This document shows, piece by piece, positions 24,512 through 32,339 of a stretch of DNA of 32,339 nucleotides. How positions within the stretch are numbered: position 1 is the stretch's first letter; the number at the start of each line of letters is the position of its first letter. Below the pieces are notes generated by a model. The model was not told the origin of the DNA. It searched no databases and saw only the letters and a program-made list of their open reading frames with translations. Origin of the DNA: Gammaproteobacteria bacterium (GTDB lineage: Bacteria; Pseudomonadota; Gammaproteobacteria; UWMA-0217); the NCBI GenBank assembly GCA_027031685.1, contig JALVPS010000332.1:1-32339 (forward strand). The letters run 5' to 3'. Position numbers and translations under genes: made by a program.

Positions 24512-25102
24512 TCAGGCCAGCTCCCGCTCCGAGAACTCCTCCGTGCGATAGCGCGACACGCGCAGCGTGTCGGACCAGTAGTCGGGCGGCAGGCCGGCCT
24601 TGCGCTTGAGCTGGCGCACGAACTCGCGCGCATTGGGCAGTGACTCCCACACGCTGGGCAGGAAGGTGGCGCGATAGGGGCCGTCCTCCAGGATCAGGCC
24701 ATCGCGCCCCGGCTCCAGCTGCCGCAGCAGGTCGTCCTCGTCCCGCACGGCCATGGGCTCCGGCGCGCCCAGCACCGACACACTGATCTCGATGTCCGGG
24801 AACTCCTCCGGGGTGAGCGGCGGAAAGCGCGGGTCGGAGAAGGCGGCCGCATAGGCGTGCTCGGCCACGTCCTGCACCAGGGGCTGGTAGGCCGACAGGG
24901 CGCCGATGCAGCCGCGCAGCTGGCCGTGCTTCTTGAGGGTGACGAAGCTGGCTCCCTCGCGCTGCAGTTCGGGGTCGAACTTTGAGACGTCCACGCGCAA
25001 CGGCCGGCCGTGCTCGAAGCCGTGGGCGATGGAATCGCGCGCCACGCGCAGCAGCACGGCCCGCTGCGCCGGCGTCAGTTCAGCGGATGGCCCAGGCGCC
25101 AT
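24512..25102 (-). CDS. amrA: AmmeMemoRadiSam system protein A (AMMECR1 domain)
   Basis: The blocks GASFVTLKKHGQLRGCIG and DPRFPPL are present. The gene overlaps the 3' end of the upstream gene by 23 nt. Confidence 0.88.
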   Translation of the reverse strand: MAPGPSAELTPAQRAVLLRVARDSIAHGFEHGRPLRVDVSKFDPELQREGASFVTLKKHGQLRGCIGALSAYQPLVQDVAEHAYAAAFSDPRFPPLTPEEFPDIEISVSVLGAPEPMAVRDEDDLLRQLEPGRDGLILEDGPYRATFLPSVWESLPNAREFVRQLKRKAGLPPDYWSDTLRVSRYRTEEFSERELA

Positions 25103-25895
25103 AGCCCACCACCTGATCCCTGGGTCCGGCCGTGTCGCCGGAGTTGCGCAGGTCCAGCCGCTTCACGCGCAGGCCCTTGCGGCGCGCCACTTCCAGCAGG
25201 CCGCGCACGGGCAGGAAGCCGCAGGCGTTCTCGGAGGCCAGCCGCTCCGGCTGCAGCGACTCGATGGCCTCGGCGGTGGCGGCATCCAGGCGCCGGGCCG
25301 TCTGGTAGTCGTGGTAGTGGCTCAGGTCGGAGCTGACCACGATGAGCGTCTCCGGCCCGTCCCACACGGCCTCCAGCACCTCGGCCACCTCCTCCGGCGT
25401 GGCGGCGCTCACCACCAGCGGCACCAGCTCGAACTCGTCGCCCAAGGTGAGTTGCAGGAAGGGCAGGTGCACCTCCAGGCTGTGCTCGCCGGCGTGGGCC
25501 AGGTCGTAGGCCACCACTTGCGGCAGCCGCTCGAGGGCGGCGATGGTGTCGGTGTCCAGCGGCACCCGGCCCAGGGGGGTGGCGAAGTAGTCCGCGGTGG
25601 GCACAGCGATGCCGCGGAAGCCCACGCGGTGGTCGGGGCCGAGCAGCACGACGCGGCGGATGGGATGGGTGCGGTTGCGCAGGGTGGCGTAGCCGGCGGC
25701 GGCCACGGGTCCGGAATAGATGTAGCCGGCGTGGGGCACGATGAGCGCCTTGGGGGCCGGCTCGTCGGTGCGGGCCGCCTCCAGGAAGCGCAGCACCTGC
25801 TCGCGCAGGGTGTCCGGGTCGTCCGGATAGAAGGTGCCGGCCACGGCCGGCGAGCGGACGCGGGGCGGGGTGGATGACCAGGTGTCTTGTCGCAT
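25080..25895 (-). CDS. amrB: AmmeMemoRadiSam system protein B (Memo-like)
   Basis: The motifs AVAGTFYP, ALIVPHAGYIYSG, EHSLEV.LPFLQ, SSDLSHY and CG. are present. Confidence 0.88.
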   Translation of the reverse strand: MRQDTWSSTPPRVRSPAVAGTFYPDDPDTLREQVLRFLEAARTDEPAPKALIVPHAGYIYSGPVAAAGYATLRNRTHPIRRVVLLGPDHRVGFRGIAVPTADYFATPLGRVPLDTDTIAALERLPQVVAYDLAHAGEHSLEVHLPFLQLTLGDEFELVPLVVSAATPEEVAEVLEAVWDGPETLIVVSSDLSHYHDYQTARRLDAATAEAIESLQPERLASENACGFLPVRGLLEVARRKGLRVKRLDLRNSGDTAGPRDQVVGYGAWAIR

Positions 25896-25936
25896 GGGGA
25901 AATCTGCTCCGGGAATGCCAGGGGTTTCTATCCGAT

Positions 25937-25953
25937 ATGGGGTGCAACCCCAT
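25937..25953. promoter_or_regulatory. Palindrome ATGGGGT-GCA-ACCCCAT in the amrB/amrS divergent region (a third copy of ATATGGGGT lies at 25991-25999)
   Basis: I read it directly from the sequence. The same 9-mer ATATGGGGT occurs at 25935-25943 and at 25991-25999. Confidence 0.3.
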
Positions 25954-26028
25954 CCGCTTCAAGGAATTGAGTTTTGTGCGCCGTGTCACCATATGGGGTA
26001 GGGAGTCCCTGCCCAACGGTGACCGCCC

Positions 26029-27129
26029 ATGACGCAACCCAAGGTTCCCGAATCGCTCCATCCCACCAAGTACTGGCACCGCCTGGAAGACGGCCGCGTG
26101 CAGTGCGACCTGTGCCCGCGCGAGTGCAAGCTGCACGAGGGCCAGCGCGGCCTGTGCTTCGTGCGCGCCTGCCACAACGGCGAGATTGTGCTCACCTCCT
26201 ACGGCCGCTCCAGCGGTTTCGTGGTGGATCCCATCGAGAAAAAGCCCCTCAACCACTTCCTGCCCGGCACGGCGGTGCTGTCCTTCGGCACGGCGGGCTG
26301 CAACCTGGCCTGCAAGTTCTGCCAGAACTGGGACATCAGCAAGTCGCGCGAGATGGACACGCTCATGGACGAGGCGCCGCCGGAGAAGCTGGCCAAGGTG
26401 GCCAAGGCCCTGGGCTGCCGCAGTGTGGCCTACACCTACAACGATCCGGTCATCTTCATGGAATACGCCATCGACACCGCCAAGGCCTGCCACGAGGTGG
26501 GCGTGAAGTCGGTGGCGGTGACGGCCGGCTACATCTCGCCCGAGCCGCGCAAGGAGTTCTTCGCCCACATGGACGCGGCCAACATCGACCTCAAGGCCTT
26601 CACCGAGGATTTCTACTGGAAGATCACCGGCGGACACCTGCAGCCGGTGCTGGACACCATCCACTACGTCTATCACGAGACGGACTGCTGGATGGAGCTG
26701 ACCACCCTGCTCATCCCCGGCGAAAACGACTCCGACGAGGAGATCGACGCCATGACGCGCTGGATCGTCAATGAACTGGGGCCGGACGTGCCGCTGCACT
26801 TCACCGCCTTCCACCCGGCCTGGAAGATGATGGACCACCCGCCCACCCCGCCGGAGACGCTGCGCCGGGCGCGCGAGATCGCCCTGCGCAACGGTGTGCG
26901 CTACTGCTACACGGGCAACGTCCACGACGAGGAGGGGCAGAGCACCTACTGCCACGCCTGCGGCACGCGGCTCATCGGGCGCGACTGGTACGTGATCACG
27001 GAGTGGAACCTCACCGAGGACGGCAAGTGCCCGCAGTGCGGCACGCCCTGCGCCGGCGTGTTCGAGGCCCGGCCCGGCGACTGGGGCGCCCGGCGCCTGC
27101 CGGTGCGCCTGGCCGACTTCGCCGCCTGA
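26029..27129 (+). CDS. amrS: AmmeMemoRadiSam system radical SAM enzyme
   Basis: The radical SAM motif CNLACKFCQN is present. An N-terminal Cys cluster CDLCPRECKL..G.RG.C and a C-terminal Cys cluster YCHACG...CPQCG are also present, as in the family. Confidence 0.9.
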   Translation: MTQPKVPESLHPTKYWHRLEDGRVQCDLCPRECKLHEGQRGLCFVRACHNGEIVLTSYGRSSGFVVDPIEKKPLNHFLPGTAVLSFGTAGCNLACKFCQNWDISKSREMDTLMDEAPPEKLAKVAKALGCRSVAYTYNDPVIFMEYAIDTAKACHEVGVKSVAVTAGYISPEPRKEFFAHMDAANIDLKAFTEDFYWKITGGHLQPVLDTIHYVYHETDCWMELTTLLIPGENDSDEEIDAMTRWIVNELGPDVPLHFTAFHPAWKMMDHPPTPPETLRRAREIALRNGVRYCYTGNVHDEEGQSTYCHACGTRLIGRDWYVITEWNLTEDGKCPQCGTPCAGVFEARPGDWGARRLPVRLADFAA

Positions 27130-27135
27130 GGCGGC

Positions 27136-28263
27136 TCAGTCCGCCGCGGCCGGCAGCTGCGCCGCCAGCGCCTGGCCGGCCACCTGCCAGCGCCAGCCCG
27201 TCAGCAGGGGCACGTCGCGCGCCCCGCGCAGCAGCCGCTCCAGGTCGCGCCGGCTGGCCAGGGCGCCGGGCGGCAGGTCCAGCGCAGCGGCCCGATCGGC
27301 CACGGCCTTCTGCAGCGCCCGCAGCCGCTCCTTCTCCTCCGGCGTGAGAGGCGTGTGCGCCGCCGGCCCGGCCTCGGCGGCCAGGCGCCCGGCCCGCTGC
27401 CGCAGATCCTGCAGGCGGGCCAGCAGTTCGTCGCCCCAGGCCGCCAGCTGCGGGCGGCGCAGGCTGCGCAGCCGCTGCAGCTCGTCGCGTCGGGTGGGCA
27501 GGGCCTGCACCAGATCGAGGATGGCCTCGTCCGACAGCACCCACTTGCGCGGCTTGTCCTCGCGCCGCGCCACCGTCTCGCGCCACACGGCCAGCTCGCG
27601 GGCCAGCGCCTGCTCACGCGGCGGCAGGCGGCGCGCGCCGCGCACCCGGCGCAGCAGGGCGTCCGGGTCCGGCGCCAGGTCGTGCGACTGGAACAGGCGC
27701 CGGCAGTCCTCCAGCACCCAGTCCAGCCGGTTGCGCTCGCGCAGCGCCGCCACCTGGCGCTCGTACAGCGTGGCCAGGTGCACCACGTCCTCCAGCGCGT
27801 AGCGCAGCTGGGCGGGGCGCAGCGGGCGGCGGCTCCAGTCGGTGCGCGCCTGCGACTTGTCCAGCGTCACCCCCAGCGCCTGTTCCACCAGCCGCCCGTA
27901 GCCGATCTGCTCGCCCTGGCCCAGCAGCTGGGCGGCGATCTGGGTGTCGAAGATGGGCTGCGGGATGGTGCCGCTGGCCTGGGCGAGGATCTCCAGGTCC
28001 TGCCAGGCGGCGTGCAGCACCTTGAGCCGCCGTGGGTCGTGCAGCAGGCGAAAGAGGGGGGTGAGGTCCAGCCCGGCCAGCGGGTCGATGGCCACCGCCT
28101 GCGCCGGGGTGGCGATCTGGATCAGGCACAGCCGCGGGTAGTAGGTACGCTCGCGCATGAACTCGGTGTCGAGCGTGAACCAGTCGCTGCCGGACAGGCG
28201 CTCGCACAGGGCTGTCAGCGCATCCTGACTGCGGATCAGCGAGGGATCGGACGGGGCGGGCAC
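27136..28263 (-). CDS. rnd: Ribonuclease D
   Basis: The start is GTG 28263. The DEDDy exonuclease motif block (LDTEF, HAAWQDLE, DTQIAA) and an HRDC-type C-terminal region are present. Confidence 0.88.
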   Translation of the reverse strand: MPAPSDPSLIRSQDALTALCERLSGSDWFTLDTEFMRERTYYPRLCLIQIATPAQAVAIDPLAGLDLTPLFRLLHDPRRLKVLHAAWQDLEILAQASGTIPQPIFDTQIAAQLLGQGEQIGYGRLVEQALGVTLDKSQARTDWSRRPLRPAQLRYALEDVVHLATLYERQVAALRERNRLDWVLEDCRRLFQSHDLAPDPDALLRRVRGARRLPPREQALARELAVWRETVARREDKPRKWVLSDEAILDLVQALPTRRDELQRLRSLRRPQLAAWGDELLARLQDLRQRAGRLAAEAGPAAHTPLTPEEKERLRALQKAVADRAAALDLPPGALASRRDLERLLRGARDVPLLTGWRWQVAGQALAAQLPAAAD

Positions 28264-28267
28264 GGGA

Positions 28268-29608
<1,341 letters not shown>

Positions 29609-29668
29609 GACGGGGGGCAGTTTGTCGGCGCACAGCGCCTCCCGAGGCTCGGGAAGTATCAGATAACG

Positions 29669-29695
29669 GTTGCAAATCGTTGCGCTATTGTTGCA
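29669..29695 (+). promoter_or_regulatory. Three helically phased GTTGC(A/G) repeats, a candidate upstream activator site (a fourth copy lies at 29771-29776)
   Basis: GTTGCA lies at 29669, GTTGCG at 29679 and GTTGCA at 29690, giving 10-11 bp spacing. TGTTGCAGC recurs at 29770. Confidence 0.35.
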
Positions 29696-29814
29696 GACTC
29701 CGCCCCCTACAGGAAGTTGAGGAATGGCGCGCCTTTCCGCCCTTCGGTCCGGCTTTTGCCCGCTGCGCCTGTTGCAGCAATACTTCTCCCGCTCGCAAAG
29801 GGAAATACCATGCC

Positions 29815-29827
29815 AATCAACAGGTTG
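29815..29827 (+). promoter_or_regulatory. IHF-consensus-like site
   Basis: AATCAACAGGTTG matches WATCAANNNNTTR. It lies just upstream of the -24 element. Confidence 0.3.
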
Positions 29828-29833
29828 TGGTGA

Positions 29834-29848
29834 TGGCAGGTTTCTTGC
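29834..29848 (+). promoter_or_regulatory. Sigma54 (-24/-12) promoter
   Basis: TGGCAGGTTTCTTGC compared with the consensus TGGCACGNNNNTTGC has the correct GG-to-GC spacing. It lies 56 nt upstream of ATG 29904 and faces away from the activator gene. Confidence 0.65.
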
Positions 29849-29903
29849 GTGAAAAAATAATGGGGCGAATGTGGCAAGATGATCCTGTCGAGGCGGTTTG
29901 CCG

Positions 29904-30332
29904 ATGAGCGATGATCCCTTTACCGAGCGCTGGCTCACCGCTTTGCGGGAGGAATGGAATCGTCCTGGTGGCCTGGGGGACAGGCTGGAGGAAATAGGCT
30001 TCGACTCGGTGGTGGCCTTCGGGCTGCCCGAGGAGGACGCGCCCCGCGTCTGTCTGGTGATCCGCGCCGGCCACATCGCGGAGGCCAGCGCCGATGGCTG
30101 CCACGAGGCGGAGTGGGACATCCGCGCCTCGCGCGCACAGTGGCTGGCGTGGCTGCGCGAGCCGCCCGGCCTGCTGGCCATCGGCATGGCATTCACCAGC
30201 GGCGTCCTGAGTATCCGGCGCGGCGACTATGCGTCCATGATCAAGGATCCGGTTATGGCGGAGATGTTTGTCACCAGCTTCGCGGTCATGTCGCGCGCCT
30301 ATCGCAACCAGTGTGAACTGCCCACAGCCTAG
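29904..30332 (+). CDS. SCP2 (sterol carrier protein 2)-like lipid-binding domain protein
   Basis: I prefer ATG 29904 to the track start at TTG 29898. The pattern (...VCLVIRAGHI.EA........AEWDIRASRAQWLAWL.......IGMAFTSGVLSIRRGDYASMIKDP) is SCP2-like. Confidence 0.6.
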   Translation: MSDDPFTERWLTALREEWNRPGGLGDRLEEIGFDSVVAFGLPEEDAPRVCLVIRAGHIAEASADGCHEAEWDIRASRAQWLAWLREPPGLLAIGMAFTSGVLSIRRGDYASMIKDPVMAEMFVTSFAVMSRAYRNQCELPTA

Positions 30333-30346
30333 GGGAAGTCTGTACC

Positions 30347-31492
30347 ATGAACCGACGCCAATTGCTTACCCTCCTGCTCAGCGGTTGCGCCGCCCTGTTG
30401 GGCGCCGCTACGGCGCAGGAGAGCCGCATCATCACGGTCGAGGCCGCCAGCGCCTTCAACACGGCCACCGTGAGCGGCACCGTGATTCCTTTCAAGGAGG
30501 TCACGCTCACCGCGCAGCTGCCGGGGCGTGTCAAGATGATCGCCGGCGAGGAGGGGGACTACTTCCCGCAGGGCACGGTGCTGGTGGAGATCGACGATGC
30601 CGCACTGCGCGCCAAGCGCAAGCAGGTGGAGGCGCAGATCGCCAATGCCAGCGCCGCACTGCGCAATGCCCAGGTGCAGTACAGCCGCGAATTGATCTCG
30701 CCGCGCTCGGAGAGCCCCTCGGCCATGCCTGGCTTCGGGCTGCCCATCATGATGGACAATGTGTTCACAAAGAATATGAGTCAGTTCATGGGCATGTCCG
30801 AGCCGGGGCTGGAACGCCACGCCCAGCTCTATTCGGCCTGGACCGGCATCAACCAGGCGCAGTCGCAGCTGTTGCAGGCGCAGTCGGCCCTGCAGGAGAT
30901 CGACACCAAGATCCGTGACGCCAAGTCCATCGCTCCCTTCGATGGCGTCATTCTCAAGAAGATGGTGGAGGTGGGCGATACGGTGCAGCCCGGTCAGCCG
31001 CTCATCGTCTTCGGACATATCAAGTACCTGCGCATCCAGGCCGAGGTGCCGGCGCGGCTGGTGTCCGGCCTGCGCAAGGGCATGTTGGTGCCGGTGCGGC
31101 TCGACAACGGCGTGCACACCAAGGCGCGTGTGGCGCAGATCTACCCTATGGCCGACCCCACCCGCCACACGGTGACGGTCAAGTTCGATCTGCCCAAGGG
31201 GATCAATGCCTCGCCCGGCATGTACGCCGAGCTGAAGCTGCCCGAGCCGTCCGTGGGCGGCGCGCAGCAGGCGGTCATCCCCGTCTCGGCCCTCATCAAG
31301 GGGCGCAGCCTGCCGGCCGTGCTGGTGGTCACCGACGACGGCAGCACCAGCATCCGCCTGGTGCGTCTCGGCGAGCGCATCGGCAAGGACCGGGTGGTGG
31401 TGCTGTCGGGTGTTAGGCCAGGCATGCGCATCGTGGACAATCCGCCGCCCAACGCCCATTCAGGCTGGACGCCGGGCAACATGGCCCGGTAG
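30347..31492 (+). CDS. Efflux RND transporter periplasmic adaptor subunit (lipoprotein MFP)
   Basis: There is a lipobox LLSGC. Lipoyl halves (GTVLVEIDD and APFDGVILKKMVEVGDTVQPGQPLIVF) flank a coiled-coil hairpin. The C-terminal part has beta-barrel and membrane-proximal domains. Confidence 0.88.
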   Translation: MNRRQLLTLLLSGCAALLGAATAQESRIITVEAASAFNTATVSGTVIPFKEVTLTAQLPGRVKMIAGEEGDYFPQGTVLVEIDDAALRAKRKQVEAQIANASAALRNAQVQYSRELISPRSESPSAMPGFGLPIMMDNVFTKNMSQFMGMSEPGLERHAQLYSAWTGINQAQSQLLQAQSALQEIDTKIRDAKSIAPFDGVILKKMVEVGDTVQPGQPLIVFGHIKYLRIQAEVPARLVSGLRKGMLVPVRLDNGVHTKARVAQIYPMADPTRHTVTVKFDLPKGINASPGMYAELKLPEPSVGGAQQAVIPVSALIKGRSLPAVLVVTDDGSTSIRLVRLGERIGKDRVVVLSGVRPGMRIVDNPPPNAHSGWTPGNMAR

Positions 31493-31566
31493 TCCCGGTG
31501 GCACTGCCGGCATGCCGGAGTTTCCCCTGATCCGTATCGAACTGACACAGACGAGCGAGCGCACCC

Positions 31567-32339
31567 ATGGCCAGTGAACCCGAGGTCACCGACAAGCCAG
31601 CCGAGGATCACGTCAACCTGGGGGTGGCGGGGCGCCTGACCCGCACCTTCCTCGATTCCCCGCTCACGCCTATGCTGCTGGTGGCCTTCCTGCTGCTGGG
31701 CGTCGTCGGCCTGATCGCCACTCCCCGCCAGGAGGACCCGCAGATCTCGGTGCCCATGGTGGACATCTTCGTGCGCTATCCGGGCAACTCGGCGGAGCAG
31801 GTGGCCAACCAGATCGCCACGCCGCTCGAGCAGATCATGTCCGAGATCAAGGGCGTGCATCACGTGTACTCGGCCTCGGTGCGCGACCAGGCCATCGTCA
31901 CCGTGGAGTTCCACGTGGGCGAGGAGATGGAACCGTCGCTGGTCAAGCTGTACGACAAGCTGGCCTCGCACATGGACCGCATTCCGCCCGGCGCCAGCGA
32001 GCCGCTGGTCAAGCCCAAGGGGGTGGACGACGTGCCCATCGTCACCCTCACGCTGTGGTCCAACGACGTGGACGACGCCGCCCTGCGCCTGGTGGCGCTG
32101 GACCTGCGCAAGCACATCAAGGCCATCCCCGACACCAGCCAGACCTTCATCGTCAGCGGCCGGCGGGAGCAGATGACCATCCACGTCTATCCCGAGAAGC
32201 TGGCCGGCCACGGCGTGACGCTGGACCAGATCGCGCAGGCCATCCAGGCGGCCAACGCCGAGGCCCGGGCGGGCGAGTCGGAGGCCGGCGGCCAGGTGGC
32301 CACGGTATACACCGGCGCCTTCCTCAAGACCAAGGAGGA
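31567..32339 (+). CDS. Efflux RND transporter permease (AcrB/HAE-type), N-terminal 257 codons; continues beyond the window
   Basis: It is not in the ORF track because there is no stop before the window end. My translation from ATG 31567 is MASEPEVTDKPAEDHVNLGVAGRLTRTFLDSPLTPMLLVAFLLLGVVGLIATPRQEDPQISVPMVDIFVRYPGNSAEQVANQIATPLEQ.... This is the typical TM1 and first periplasmic loop of RND pumps. Confidence 0.88.
   Translation, partial: MASEPEVTDKPAEDHVNLGVAGRLTRTFLDSPLTPMLLVAFLLLGVVGLIATPRQEDPQISVPMVDIFVRYPGNSAEQVANQIATPLEQIMSEIKGVHHVYSASVRDQAIVTVEFHVGEEMEPSLVKLYDKLASHMDRIPPGASEPLVKPKGVDDVPIVTLTLWSNDVDDAALRLVALDLRKHIKAIPDTSQTFIVSGRREQMTIHVYPEKLAGHGVTLDQIAQAIQAANAEARAGESEAGGQVATVYTGAFLKTKE

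Noticed and set aside
31499-31515. TGGCACTGCCGGCATGC lies between the MFP and RND genes, and I considered it as a second sigma54 promoter.
   Set aside because: The GC of the would-be -12 element is displaced by 2 nt relative to the GG, and there is no TTGC. It is more likely a chance match in the 74-bp intercistronic spacer.

Overview
This is a 32.3 kb, very G+C-rich (roughly two thirds G+C by eye), gene-dense bacterial chromosomal segment. The gene content (opgGH, cmoAB, nudE-cysQ, ibaG, rnd, c-type cytochromes, a sigma54 activator, many Sec/lipobox proteins) suggests a Gram-negative proteobacterium, probably a gammaproteobacterium; that is an inference. I call about 45 CDS and see no rRNA, tRNA or CRISPR. 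The left edge is nested IS debris: the right end of an IS66-family element inserted into an IS256-family transposase gene. The most interesting locus lies directly beside it. A small exported, lipobox-bearing, six-Cys precursor gene (1855-2130) is followed by a DUF692/MNIO oxidase and a DUF2063 partner, which is a bufferin-type (methanobactin-related) RiPP metallophore cluster. A perfect 12-bp stem-loop follows the precursor gene, and a periplasmic DsrE-like gene is divergent from it. Other modules of unknown function are: (1) a PA2779/PA2778-like small protein plus C39-like peptidase pair; (2) a complete AmmeMemoRadiSam triad with a repeated 7-mer in its divergent control region; (3) a sigma54 activator facing a good -24/-12 promoter that drives an SCP2-like protein, a lipoprotein adaptor with a Met-rich hairpin tip, and an RND pump that runs off the right edge; (4) opgH, apparently split into two overlapping frames. 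Two real genes (the IS256 remnant and the RND pump) are missing from the supplied ORF track because their frames are open at the window edges. All product calls rest on my own recognition of motifs and family resemblance, not on any database search.
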